From Candidatus Omnitrophota bacterium (GTDB lineage: Bacteria > Omnitrophota > Gorgyraeia > Zapsychrales > JAKLDJ01): 64,000 bases of DNA. This document shows positions 20,016 to 29,708 of this stretch, piece by piece. The notes below the pieces were generated by a model, which was given only the letters and a program-made list of their open reading frames with translations, had not been told where the DNA came from and ran no database searches. The position numbers were made by a program, and so were the translations under genes. The stretch covers positions 219,413 through 283,412 of the forward strand of contig JAKLDJ010000002.1 of the NCBI GenBank assembly GCA_022703585.1, written 5' to 3'. Positions within the stretch are counted from its first letter, which is position 1. Each line of letters starts with the position of its first letter.

Positions 20016-21193
20016 CGGCCTAATTTCTCCCGGATTTTCTCGGTTTTTTCCTGTGACAGCTTGACTAAGCCTTCGCCATTATAAAGCATCTTTCCCTTGG
20101 TATCGCGCACGGCCATTCGCTCGGTACAGCAATAGCACGGATCAATCGCCGCTAATATAATAGCCGCATCAGAAATCGTTTCTCCCACCACCGTCGCTTT
20201 ATACGTCGGCATATTCATAAACGTAGGCGCCCGGATCTTGTGGCGCGCGGGCCGGTTAGTGCCATCGCTTAAGACATAATGAAAACTCTCTCCCCGCGGC
20301 GCCTCGTGCGTGCCGATCCCTTCTCCCGGCGGGATATCCGTTATCTGCATATCAATTTTTCCCCCGGGAAGATTTTTAAGACACTGCCTTAAAATTCTTA
20401 TGGATTCAAAAGTTTCCAGGATCCTTAAAACCACTTTATCAAATACGTCGCCGTTTTTTAGGACGATCATGTCCCATTCGACCTTATCATAGGCCTCATA
20501 TGGAGAATCTTTACGGACATCAATGGCAATGCCCGAAGAACGCGCCGTAGGGCCTAAGGCGCAATAATCAATGGCTTTTTCTTTAGTTAAAACTCCTACA
20601 TTCTTAGTCCTTGCCTGCAAAACAGGATCATCCATGACGGCTTTCTTGATCATGGTAAGCGTAGGAACAATTGAATCAAGTTTCTTTAATACAACCGGTA
20701 TATCTTCCGCTTTAATATCCCTGCGCACGCCGCCGGGCTTAAACATGGCGTAATTGTTGCGGTTGCCGGAGAGAATTTCCATTACATCTAAAATTTCTTC
20801 CCTTAGTTTCCACGCCCACATAAAAACCGTATTGTATCCCAAGAAATGGCCGGCCAAGCCCAGCCATAAAAGATGCGAATGAACCCTCTCCCCTTCAGCA
20901 ATAATAGTGCGAATGTACTGGGCGCGTAGCGGCACCTCGGCCTGGATAATATCCTCCACCGCCCTGGTGTAGGCAAACGGGTGGCTAGTTGAACAAATAC
21001 CGCAAATCCTTTCCACCGCAAACGTCGACTGGTCAAAATTCTTCATCTCGGAAATCTTTTCGATACCGCGATGGTTATAGCCGATTTGAACATCGATGTC
21101 CACAACCCTCTCGCCTTCAACCATAAGGCTAAAAAATTCAGGCTCTTCTTGTAAAGGATGATACGGGCCTATGGGAACAATTGTCTTTGCCAT
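20009..21193 (-). CDS. Group-4 [NiFe]-hydrogenase large (catalytic) subunit, NuoD-like.
   Basis: The N-terminal ligand motif ERICGICSTSH and the C-terminal DPCYCCTER are both present. About 35 aa follow the second motif as a protease-cleaved C-terminal extension. Confidence 0.9.
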   Translation of the reverse strand: MAKTIVPIGPYHPLQEEPEFFSLMVEGERVVDIDVQIGYNHRGIEKISEMKNFDQSTFAVERICGICSTSHPFAYTRAVEDIIQAEVPLRAQYIRTIIAEGERVHSHLLWLGLAGHFLGYNTVFMWAWKLREEILDVMEILSGNRNNYAMFKPGGVRRDIKAEDIPVVLKKLDSIVPTLTMIKKAVMDDPVLQARTKNVGVLTKEKAIDYCALGPTARSSGIAIDVRKDSPYEAYDKVEWDMIVLKNGDVFDKVVLRILETFESIRILRQCLKNLPGGKIDMQITDIPPGEGIGTHEAPRGESFHYVLSDGTNRPARHKIRAPTFMNMPTYKATVVGETISDAAIILAAIDPCYCCTERMAVRDTKGKMLYNGEGLVKLSQEKTEKIREKLGRC

Positions 21194-21667
21194 TTATACG
21201 CCTCTGTCTCTGATTGCGTTTTTATCCCACTCTTTGTAATCCCGCCTCAAGGGATAAACCCCCTCCGGCCAGTCCTCAGGCAAAAGTAACCTGCGCATGT
21301 CAGGATGATTCTTGAATGTAATACCCAAGACTTCAGTTGTTTCGCGTTCAATCCAGTTAGCGCCTTCAAAATAAGGGGTGAGCGAATCGATTTCCAAATT
21401 CGACTTGTCGAGTTTAATTCTGAAGGTAAATACCGCATCGATTTTATCAAATGTAAAATGATACAGCATTTCCATATGGTCCCGCACATCCACGCCCGAG
21501 GCGGTGTTAAACCGCGCCCCAAGCTCCCTAAAAACATGAAGGACAACACGCACCAGCGCTTCTTTTTTTATTTCGATGTAAATGCGTTTGGGCGACTTCT
21601 CAAAGACTCCGACAATATCTTGTTTAAATCGGTCGGTCAAATCTTTTAAAATTTCAAGTGGGGTCAT
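21194..21667 (-). CDS. NuoC-like hydrogenase subunit (30 kDa family).
   Basis: A 157-aa ORF sitting between the small and large subunits, as in Mbh/Ech/Hyc operons. Confidence 0.75.
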   Translation of the reverse strand: MTPLEILKDLTDRFKQDIVGVFEKSPKRIYIEIKKEALVRVVLHVFRELGARFNTASGVDVRDHMEMLYHFTFDKIDAVFTFRIKLDKSNLEIDSLTPYFEGANWIERETTEVLGITFKNHPDMRRLLLPEDWPEGVYPLRRDYKEWDKNAIRDRGV

Positions 21668-21684
21668 AGCGTATCAGCCTTTTT

Positions 21685-22149
21685 TTATTTCTTGCCTTCC
21701 GAAGTTGCCTTTATCTTTTCGATCAGCTTCACAATACCGGCAATCATGGCCTCCGGCCTGGGAGGGCATCCGGGAACATAAACATCGACAGGAATAACCT
21801 TATCTAAAGGAAGCGGGCAATTATAACTGTTAATATACATCCCCCGCGATAAGGAACATTCTCCCATGGCCACCACAAAACCGGGCTTAGGCATTTGTTC
21901 ATAAATTCTTTTAATGCGCGGGATACATTTACGAGTCACTGAGCCCGTTACTAATAAAACATCGGCATGTTTAATGCTGCCGACCAGCACCATCCCGAAT
22001 CTTTCAATATCATGACGGGGTGTCAGACAATCAATGATCTCAATGTCGCAGTTATTACAGCTTCCCGTCGACATGTGAAATACCCACAGCGATTTTAATA
22101 ATGCCTTTTGCTTTAGATTCATTTTATAAACCCTTAAAAGCCAGCACAA
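21685..22149 (-). CDS. Group-4 hydrogenase small subunit, NuoB-like with a proximal [4Fe-4S]. The start could be the ATG at 22149 or at 22122.
   Basis: It has the cysteine motifs GSCNNCDIE, GECS and GCPP of NuoB/HycG-type small subunits. Confidence 0.85.
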   Translation of the reverse strand: MCWLLRVYKMNLKQKALLKSLWVFHMSTGSCNNCDIEIIDCLTPRHDIERFGMVLVGSIKHADVLLVTGSVTRKCIPRIKRIYEQMPKPGFVVAMGECSLSRGMYINSYNCPLPLDKVIPVDVYVPGCPPRPEAMIAGIVKLIEKIKATSEGKK

Positions 22150-23059
22150 CCGCTAGAATCGCCAGCACCATCACCGGCCCCCAAAAAAACCGGACCGCAT
22201 GATCGATGCGCACGCGCGGGTTGGTATTTTTGATAACAATAATAAGAAACAGGATACCGATATATTTTAACAAGCTGTATAACGCATTAATTCCATCAAA
22301 TCTTAGCCCCCCGAAAAAGATAACAATCAAAAATAGCGGTAAGGTGCACAAAAGCATATTTTTCATCACTTTAAAGATAGCCAAACTCGAACCGGAATAC
22401 TCGATCAAAAGACCGCCGGAGATTTCAGTTTCCGCTTCGGCAACATCAAAGGGTACAAATCCGATTTTTGCCTGCACGCACAGAATTGCGACCACAAACG
22501 CCAACACACCCGATGCGCCACCGCCAAAAACACCGTTTTGCGCCTGAAAACTCAACAACTCGCCGAGCTTAATCGAAAAGCCGCCCTTAATAACCGGCAC
22601 AAACACCGCCAGCAAAAACGGTAATTCATAGCTTAAAATAAGTTTCATTTCCCGCGACGCGCCCAAACTTGCCAGGGGATTGCGCGAGGCAAAGCCTCCA
22701 ATCATCATGCTCATCGACGGGATTGTCAGCAGGTATAACACGACGACCAGATCGCCGATGAATGTTTTGCCAGGATTCAGAGTGTTAACCCACAAAAGCG
22801 TCGAAACCAGCGCCACACTCGCCAGGCCAAGCAAGGGCGCAGATAAAAAAGTTGCCTTGGAAACACCGAAAGGAACGAGTGTTTCCTTGCCCAATAATTT
22901 CACAATATCATAAACCGGCTGCAGCAAAGGCGGCCCCACCCGGTATTGGAGCCGGGCAGTAATTTTACGCTCAAACCAACTGGCCAGGAATCCGACTAAA
23001 GCCGTCACCACAAAACCATAAATAATTAAATAAAGAATGTCACTCATGCCTTTTTCCAT
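22124..23059 (-). CDS. NuoH/HycD/MbhM-like membrane anchor subunit.
   Basis: A 311-aa polytopic protein with NuoH family topology. It overlaps the upstream ferredoxin gene. Confidence 0.8.
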   Translation of the reverse strand: MEKGMSDILYLIIYGFVVTALVGFLASWFERKITARLQYRVGPPLLQPVYDIVKLLGKETLVPFGVSKATFLSAPLLGLASVALVSTLLWVNTLNPGKTFIGDLVVVLYLLTIPSMSMMIGGFASRNPLASLGASREMKLILSYELPFLLAVFVPVIKGGFSIKLGELLSFQAQNGVFGGGASGVLAFVVAILCVQAKIGFVPFDVAEAETEISGGLLIEYSGSSLAIFKVMKNMLLCTLPLFLIVIFFGGLRFDGINALYSLLKYIGILFLIIVIKNTNPRVRIDHAVRFFWGPVMVLAILAVVLAFKGL

Positions 23060-23622
23060 TGCCAGTGCGTCGAGTGCACGATTAAATTATCCCCGACCAG
23101 AAAAGTATTTTCATCCAACTCGATATCGGCGCTTTTTAAGCTTAGGGCCCCATGCGGACACGATGCAATACACAGCGGTTCATCTTTTTGATTCCTTCTA
23201 TCCAAACAAAAATCACACGTATGGACCAAAAGTGGAAGATTCTCGGGATAGATCGTTCCGTACGGACAGGCATGCGAACAGGATTTGCAGCTGACGCAGC
23301 GCATATTGTGCCTGATTAATAACTTTCCCTTATCTTTCTGCTGCTCCAACGCTTCACAAGGACAGGCGTTGACACAATGCGGCTCTTCGCAGCGACGGCA
23401 GACAAGATAATAGGTCGCCAGCTCGGCAACCGAGACAATGCCGTTATTTTGGGGGTGATAAAAATAGCTGCATTTGATCACGCATTCCTCACACTGGCCC
23501 GTTGAGCAGACATCCAGGTCGATGAAAAGGCGCTTATCGGAACCTTTTTGAGGCTCAGGATTCAGTTTGCTCTGATGCAGCTGTTCCGCACTATTTTTAA
23601 AATTATTTGCTTCGTTTCCCAT
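23044..23622 (-). CDS. Poly-[4Fe-4S] ferredoxin-type electron-transfer subunit (HycB/CooF-like).
   Basis: The 192-aa ORF contains four Cys clusters: CSTGQCEECVIKC, CRRCEEPHCVNACP, CVSCKSCSHACP and CDFCLDR...CIASCP. Confidence 0.75.
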   Translation of the reverse strand: MGNEANNFKNSAEQLHQSKLNPEPQKGSDKRLFIDLDVCSTGQCEECVIKCSYFYHPQNNGIVSVAELATYYLVCRRCEEPHCVNACPCEALEQQKDKGKLLIRHNMRCVSCKSCSHACPYGTIYPENLPLLVHTCDFCLDRRNQKDEPLCIASCPHGALSLKSADIELDENTFLVGDNLIVHSTHWQWKKA

Positions 23623-23645
23623 AATCCGATTTACCTAATCATTTT

Positions 23646-24467
23646 CTAATCCCAAATTTCGGGGAAATTCTTTATCTTGTCATAACGAAAAACCGGGCCG
23701 TCCTTGCAGCCGTAATAGGTCCCAATGCGGCAATGGCCGCATTTACCGATGCCACAGGACATATTCTTTTCCATCGAAAGGAAAATGTTATTTTCCTTAA
23801 AACCCATTTCCAAAAGTTTCTTGGTAGTAAATTTCATCATAATCGGCGGGCCGCAAACCACGGCAAAACCCTGCGCATAATCCATATCCACACTGTCTAA
23901 GATCGTCGGGACAACGCCCACTTTGTGATTCCAATCGCTGTCGCCCTTATCTACGGTCAGCTCAACATTTAAATCGCTGCGCTTCGTCCATTCTTCTAAT
24001 TCATTTCTATATAAAAAGTCCTTGGAGGTCTTGCAGCCACCGCGGAAGAATATCTTTTTAAATTGCCCGCTCATGTCAAAAAAAGAATACATGAGACTAC
24101 GGATCGGAGCAAATCCACATCCACCGCCAATAACCACGATCTCTCTCCCTTTAAACTCGTCTAGAGGATATCCCTGTCCAAATGGGCCACGCAGGCCCAC
24201 AATATCGCCGGGTTTTAATTCGTGTATTTTTGCGGTAACCTTGCCCACCTTCATAATCGTTACTTCAATCACATCCGCAACCGACGGCCGTGATGATGGG
24301 GTAAACGGCCCCTCGCCCACGCCGGGGACGGTCAATTCAATAAACTGGCCCGTCTTAAAAGGTATCGGCTCAACAGGCTTAAGCCGCAACGTTTTAATAT
24401 TGGGCGTCTCGGGAAAGATATCCAAGACCTGGGTTTTAATGGGCCTGTAAATATTCGCGCTAGGCAT
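23646..24467 (-). CDS. FAD/NAD(P)-binding [2Fe-2S] oxidoreductase (AsrB / sulfhydrogenase gamma / NfnA / PyrK-like).
   Basis: The 273-aa ORF has a ferredoxin-NADP reductase-like fold and a C-terminal CGIGKCGHCRIG 2Fe-2S motif. Confidence 0.8.
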   Translation of the reverse strand: MPSANIYRPIKTQVLDIFPETPNIKTLRLKPVEPIPFKTGQFIELTVPGVGEGPFTPSSRPSVADVIEVTIMKVGKVTAKIHELKPGDIVGLRGPFGQGYPLDEFKGREIVVIGGGCGFAPIRSLMYSFFDMSGQFKKIFFRGGCKTSKDFLYRNELEEWTKRSDLNVELTVDKGDSDWNHKVGVVPTILDSVDMDYAQGFAVVCGPPIMMKFTTKKLLEMGFKENNIFLSMEKNMSCGIGKCGHCRIGTYYGCKDGPVFRYDKIKNFPEIWD

Positions 24468-25494
24468 TGTTCACTAACCTTCTTAAAACTTTTCGTATAT
24501 CAATCTTCGCCGGACAAGCAGTAATACAACGGCCGCAGCCGGTGCAGGCATACACATTAGAAACTTTGGGGAAAAAGTCAAATTTCTTCTCAAAACGGTT
24601 CCGCAGCCTCATCCAAAGCTTCGGCCGGGGATTTGCCCCACCGGCAACCCGGGCAAATTCTTTGATCATGCAGGAATCCCAAATACGAAACCGCGCCATT
24701 TGTTTTTCGTCCCTTTGGTCAAACAAAAGAAAACAGTGACAGGTAGGACAAATGGTATTGCAGGCCCCGCACTCAACACAGGTCTTGGCTTCGTCGGCCC
24801 ATATTTCGGATTTATAATTACGCTCAATAATACCGCCAAAAAGTTCCTGCGAAGGAACATTATTTTTCTTAATATTCTCCTCTACCTCGAGATGGACCCG
24901 GGCTCTTTGATTTTCTTTTTCCATTAGCTGCCCTTCGCTCGCCTCCTCAAAAAGAGAGGCATTCTTTTTAACAACAGCTTCGCCCTTGCTTGATCCGACC
25001 TTAACCACAAACCCTTCTTCGATCTGGGAAAGATTAATGTCAAAATCTTCTTGAGGATACGGCTTAACACCTAAGGCGAGGCAATAGCAGGTATCAATAG
25101 CGCAGGTACAATCGGCTCCGATAATGAGATTTTCTTCGCGGTTCTTGATATAAAAAGGATCTTTAAAGCCCTGGTCTTTGAAAACAAAATCCTGAACTTT
25201 AAATCCTTTCAAGTCACAGGCCTTAACCCCTACAATCGCAAAAGGCTTGTCCGTCGCGTGGGGAATGGTGTCCTCAAAACCCTTAGCGACAATCTCCTTG
25301 GCTCGGCTAAAGAATGCCTTTAAAGGCTCGAAAGGCCGCACCTCTCCTATGACAACCTCATCCGTAGTCCCTGTATATTTCTTAAAGAAACGATGTTTAC
25401 CTTTTCTAACTGGGACATACACAGCATAATCGGCTGCAATTCCGGAAAGAAACGGCTGGAGATTGTGTTTATTTAAGAAAAGGCTTTTTTCCAT
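24460..25494 (-). CDS. FeS protein of the AsrA / sulfhydrogenase beta (HydB) family.
   Basis: The 344-aa ORF has CVECGACNTICPTC and CTGCGRCITACP clusters in its C-terminal half. It overlaps the AsrB-like gene by 8 nt. Confidence 0.75.
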   Translation of the reverse strand: MEKSLFLNKHNLQPFLSGIAADYAVYVPVRKGKHRFFKKYTGTTDEVVIGEVRPFEPLKAFFSRAKEIVAKGFEDTIPHATDKPFAIVGVKACDLKGFKVQDFVFKDQGFKDPFYIKNREENLIIGADCTCAIDTCYCLALGVKPYPQEDFDINLSQIEEGFVVKVGSSKGEAVVKKNASLFEEASEGQLMEKENQRARVHLEVEENIKKNNVPSQELFGGIIERNYKSEIWADEAKTCVECGACNTICPTCHCFLLFDQRDEKQMARFRIWDSCMIKEFARVAGGANPRPKLWMRLRNRFEKKFDFFPKVSNVYACTGCGRCITACPAKIDIRKVLRRLVNNA

Positions 25495-25496
25495 TT

Positions 25497-25880
25497 CTAG
25501 ACCTTAAAATATTTCTGGATTAAAGGCATGAGCTTCTCGTGCAGTTCGCTTTTTCCGACGTAAGCGCTGATGTCACCGCTTTTAAATACTTCCCGAAAGG
25601 TTGCCGTTTCAAACATCGTAAGGGCAATAATTTTGCAGTCAGGGAGGTACTTTTTTATTTTAGCTGCCGTATCAATACCGTTCATATTCGGCAGCCTGAT
25701 ATCCATGAGAATAATATTGGGTTTTTCCCGCAGGGCCGTGACGATCCCCAACTCGCCCGATGATGCTTCGAATATCTCAAAAGTGCTGTCTTGGGTCTTA
25801 AGATAATCCGCAACCATCTTTCGAAAGTCGTCATAATCTTCGATAAGGAGTATTCTTTTGTCTGTGCTCGCGGCTTTCAT
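25497..25880 (-). CDS. Single-domain (receiver-only, CheY-like) response regulator.
   Basis: The 127-aa ORF has the conserved segment KRILLIEDYDDF...ILMDIRLPNMNGI. Its stop codon is 2 nt from the AsrA-like start. Confidence 0.85.
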   Translation of the reverse strand: MKAASTDKRILLIEDYDDFRKMVADYLKTQDSTFEIFEASSGELGIVTALREKPNIILMDIRLPNMNGIDTAAKIKKYLPDCKIIALTMFETATFREVFKSGDISAYVGKSELHEKLMPLIQKYFKV

Positions 25881-25995
25881 GAATTTTCGGTCTCTAAAGC
25901 GGGGATGCTTATCCTTAAGCTTGGAGGTTTTATCCTATCAAATTAGAGATAAAAATCAAGAATAATCGGTTAAAATACACCCTTCAAAAAACATC

Positions 25996-28203
25996 CTAAC
26001 GGCGCCTGCGGACAACACCTACGGGAACACTCAAGCCAATCATCGTGCCCTTGCCTAATTGAGAATGAATCTTAAATTCACCTCCCAGCAACTTTGTTCT
26101 TTCTTCCATGGTTGAAAGGCCCAGGCCTTGCTGGACATTCTCTTTTTTGTTGACCGAAAAACCTTTCCCGTTATCTTTAATCGTTACCCACAACTGGTCC
26201 TTTTTTCTGTCCATCCGGATATCAACCCGAGAGGCTTGGGCATGGGTAATAACATTGGTCAAGGCCTCCTGGATAATCCGGTAAAAATTAATAACTTCGC
26301 TTTTAAAGACAAGGCGGTCTAAGCGGTCATGGCGAAATTCGATTCGTAAATCCTTGCGCTGCCTAAAATCTTCGACCATCGCCTTCATCGCCGCTGTCAG
26401 CCCTAAAATTTCCAGAGTCGTTGGGCGCAAGCCCGCCGCCAGGTGTCTTGATTTATCGATGATCAGGTCGAGTTGCCGGATAATCCTGGCATGAAACTCT
26501 TTAAGTTTCGCTTTATCAGAATCCGGAACATACATCGAAGACTGGATCATCATTTTTAAGATAGCCAGAGACTGGCCCAGGTCGTCATGAATTTCTCTGG
26601 AAATCCTGGTCCGCTCGGATTCCTGAGCGTTAATAATACGCTGCGGCAGTCCTTTAATCGCCTCTTCCATTTGTTTGCGCTCGGTAATTTCATTACGCAG
26701 CGCTACATACTGGTACGGCTTCCCGCGGTTATTCAAGAAAGGAATGATCGTCGTGTCCAGCCAGTGCAACGAACCGTCCTTGGCCTTGTTGCACATTTCG
26801 CCCTTCCACACTTTGCCGTTTGAAATTATTTTCCACATGTCCCGGAAGAATTCCGGCGGATGGACAGCAGAGTTAAGAATTTTATGATCTTCACCGAGAA
26901 GTTCCTCGCGTGAATATTTAGAAATCTCGCAAAATTTATCGTTAACGTAGGTGATCTTGCCTTCGCGATTCGTAATCGCCACAATGGAAGAAGCATCAAG
27001 GGCAAATTTGATATCCGCAAGTTCCTTGAGCGTTTTCTGTAAAGCCTCGTCCATCACTCGACGCTCGATAAACATGCCTAGCCGCTGGGCAACGGCATCA
27101 ATAAGCTTTCTTTCTTCAGCGGTAAACGGCCCCTCGGACGCGGGAGGCATCTTCTTTAAATAACATACTTCAATGGTACCCGCTTTTTTCCCATGGGCGA
27201 TAATATCGGCACGCTGTACCCAAGGCGTCACCTTGAAATTCTGAGTCTGGTAATTTGTATTTTTAACACTCAGCCGAGCCACCGCAAGATGAGGATATTG
27301 CCAGCTGGACGGTATAATAGAAACAACCTCCCGAAAAGTCTCTTCGCTATCCGGGTATTGCTGTTGACGAATTTCATCAATCCGGTACAGGCAGCTTATC
27401 TCCTTAACCCGCGCGTTCAAGTGAAGCAAAAGCCTCGCATTCTCTTCTTCAGCCTTCTTGCGGTCGGTGATGTCCAGAATAGTGCCCTGATAACCGACAA
27501 TCTGATTTTTATCACCGCGTCTGGCAACGGAAGTGATGAGCGCGTGAATGGGCGTGCCATTTTTCTTCTTTAAAGTGACTTCGTAATTCTCGACGAAATT
27601 ATCCCGCGCAATCCGCTGCATATACTTCTCTCGATGCTGCGGATCGACGTAAATATCAGTAACTTTCGTCTGCAAGAATTCTTCCTTGCTGTCAAAGCCA
27701 AACAGCTTAACCCCGGCATCATTGATATCTACCCAATGACCGTCTTTGGTAGTAATAAAAATACAATTTTGGGATGTTTCAAAGAGAATGCGATAGCGGT
27801 CTTCCTGGACCTGGGTGCGTTGGGTGATATCCCGCGTGATCCCCATGATTCCGACAATGCGCCCTTTCTCATCGCGACGGGGAAGCTTGCTGGTGGAAAC
27901 ATAGTGGCGGGAGCCGTCCGGGCGAGTAGTTTTTTCCAGAGTATCCAGCAAAGGTCTGCCGGTACGCATAACGGCAGCGTCGTCATCGGTCATCTGCCGC
28001 GCCTGCTCAAGCGGAAAGAAATCGAAGTCGGTCTTACCGGCCACCTCTTGAGGTTTTAAGCCCAGGCCTGCGGCATGGGCTTTGTTGACCATGATCAAAC
28101 GGCCTTTTTTATCTTTGAAATAAACAGCGTCGGGAATACTGTCGAAGAGTTCCTGAAGGAGATCGAACTTGGGCTTATCAGAAGGCTGGAAGATGTTTTT
28201 CAT
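25996..28203 (-). CDS. Multi-PAS sensor histidine kinase (HisKA_3 / NarX-DegS type plus HATPase_c).
   Basis: The 735-aa ORF has several PAS/PAC-like segments, the HisKA_3 motif ISREIHDDLGQSL and a C-terminal ATPase (GLGLSTMEERTKLLGGEF). Confidence 0.85.
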   Translation of the reverse strand: MKNIFQPSDKPKFDLLQELFDSIPDAVYFKDKKGRLIMVNKAHAAGLGLKPQEVAGKTDFDFFPLEQARQMTDDDAAVMRTGRPLLDTLEKTTRPDGSRHYVSTSKLPRRDEKGRIVGIMGITRDITQRTQVQEDRYRILFETSQNCIFITTKDGHWVDINDAGVKLFGFDSKEEFLQTKVTDIYVDPQHREKYMQRIARDNFVENYEVTLKKKNGTPIHALITSVARRGDKNQIVGYQGTILDITDRKKAEEENARLLLHLNARVKEISCLYRIDEIRQQQYPDSEETFREVVSIIPSSWQYPHLAVARLSVKNTNYQTQNFKVTPWVQRADIIAHGKKAGTIEVCYLKKMPPASEGPFTAEERKLIDAVAQRLGMFIERRVMDEALQKTLKELADIKFALDASSIVAITNREGKITYVNDKFCEISKYSREELLGEDHKILNSAVHPPEFFRDMWKIISNGKVWKGEMCNKAKDGSLHWLDTTIIPFLNNRGKPYQYVALRNEITERKQMEEAIKGLPQRIINAQESERTRISREIHDDLGQSLAILKMMIQSSMYVPDSDKAKLKEFHARIIRQLDLIIDKSRHLAAGLRPTTLEILGLTAAMKAMVEDFRQRKDLRIEFRHDRLDRLVFKSEVINFYRIIQEALTNVITHAQASRVDIRMDRKKDQLWVTIKDNGKGFSVNKKENVQQGLGLSTMEERTKLLGGEFKIHSQLGKGTMIGLSVPVGVVRRRR

Positions 28204-28254
28204 TCTTTAATGTGGTTTATTCTACAAATACAGAAAATCTTTTCCTCAAATATA

Positions 28255-29100
28255 TTACAGAGCTCTCAGATCCTTGATAAATCTATCCACCGCATCTTCC
28301 CAGGAAGGAATGACGATGCCGAGTTTTTTAGAAATCTTTGCGTTGGACATAAAAGACACCAGCGGCCTTTTGGCCTTGGTCGGAAAATAATCGGAAGGGA
28401 CCGGGATAACGGCATTTTGAAAACCCGATTTCTTCAGAAAACACTTTGCCCATTCATAACGCGAGGCATAGCCATTGTTGGTTAAATGATAGAGGCCTCG
28501 AAGATTTTCCTTAAGGGCCCGCATGGTGACATCGACGATATCCTTGGTATACGTCGGCACGGATACCTCATCGGCATTAATCTTAAGAATAGCGTCTTTC
28601 CTCGCCCATTGACGGACCTTGTAAAGAAAATTCTGTTTTCCTCCGCCAAAGACCCAGCTTAAGCGAAAAATAAGAAACTTATTTAAATGTCTTCGAACGG
28701 CCAACTCGCCTTGCAGCTTGCTTAAGCCATATTTATTGATTGGATGAGGCCGGTCGTTTTCGTTGTAAAAATCTCCCTTTTTACCGTCAAAAACATAATC
28801 GGTGCTGTAATGAACGAGAAGGATCTTCTGCAGCCGGCACACAAGCGCCAGATTTTCGACCGCGGAACTATTCACCCGGAAGGCTTCGGAAGATTTTCCT
28901 TCAGCATCGTCCACAAAATTGTAGGCCGCGCAGTTAAAGATAACAGCGGGTTTAAATCGGGAAACAACATCCTGAGTTTTCTTAAAATCCGTTATATCCA
29001 GTTGGGTTTCGGAAGGCGCGGCGAACTTGATTTTCTTGCTGCGGAAAAACTTTTGGAATTCTTTAGCCAATTGCCCGTTAGATCCAGTTATTAAAAACAT
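28255..29100 (-). CDS. rmlD: dTDP-4-dehydrorhamnose reductase.
   Basis: MFLITGSNGQLAKEF and the overall 281-aa sequence are typical of RmlD/RfbD. Confidence 0.85.
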   Translation of the reverse strand: MFLITGSNGQLAKEFQKFFRSKKIKFAAPSETQLDITDFKKTQDVVSRFKPAVIFNCAAYNFVDDAEGKSSEAFRVNSSAVENLALVCRLQKILLVHYSTDYVFDGKKGDFYNENDRPHPINKYGLSKLQGELAVRRHLNKFLIFRLSWVFGGGKQNFLYKVRQWARKDAILKINADEVSVPTYTKDIVDVTMRALKENLRGLYHLTNNGYASRYEWAKCFLKKSGFQNAVIPVPSDYFPTKAKRPLVSFMSNAKISKKLGIVIPSWEDAVDRFIKDLRAL

Positions 29101-29104
29101 CTCG

Positions 29105-29665
29105 TTATCTCTTATAGATAAAATTATTCTCGGCCTCGTCCAGTACGGGTAACAAAGCGTCCCGCCTAGAAAGAATCGGACGCCGTACGGGCCATTTAAT
29201 CTTTATTGCCGGGTCATCCCAACGCACGCCGCGCTCGTGCTTAGGGGCGTAGGCACTCGTGCATCCGTAGAAGATCTCAGCCCCATCGGTTAGAGTACAA
29301 AACCCATGCGCAAAACCTTCAGGGATATAAATCATCTTCTTGTTGCGCGCGGAAAGATTCAACCCCACCCATTTTCCGTAAAAAGGCGATCCCTTTCTTA
29401 AATCAACCGCCACTTCGAATATTTCTCCGGCGACTGCCCGGACAATTTTTCCCTGGGCAAAAGGGCTGATTTGATAGTGCAGGCCTCGGACGACATTCTT
29501 TCTGGACTTTGAATGATTGAGCTGTACCAACGGCTTATTGATTCCTGCCTTTTTAAAATCAGGAAGTTTGTAGGCCTCCATAAAGAATCCCCGTCCATCC
29601 GGAAACACCTGCGGCTCTATCAATAAGACATCCGGAATTTTTAACCGCGTAAAACGAAACGACAT
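29105..29665 (-). CDS. rmlC: dTDP-4-dehydrorhamnose 3,5-epimerase. The ORF extends to 29683; the likely start is MSFRF at 29665.
   Basis: It has the cupin-fold RmlC motifs (DGRGFF, VRGLHYQ). Confidence 0.85.
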   Translation of the reverse strand: MSFRFTRLKIPDVLLIEPQVFPDGRGFFMEAYKLPDFKKAGINKPLVQLNHSKSRKNVVRGLHYQISPFAQGKIVRAVAGEIFEVAVDLRKGSPFYGKWVGLNLSARNKKMIYIPEGFAHGFCTLTDGAEIFYGCTSAYAPKHERGVRWDDPAIKIKWPVRRPILSRRDALLPVLDEAENNFIYKR

Positions 29666-29708
29666 ATCTGACTCCTTCAACAAGTCCCTATTTTATTACG
29701 GGTTCTTC

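Noticed and set aside
20009-21193. Possible selenocysteine (in-frame TGA) in the hydrogenase large subunit.
   Set aside because: The Ni ligands are ordinary Cys codons (DPCYCCTER) and there is no internal stop.
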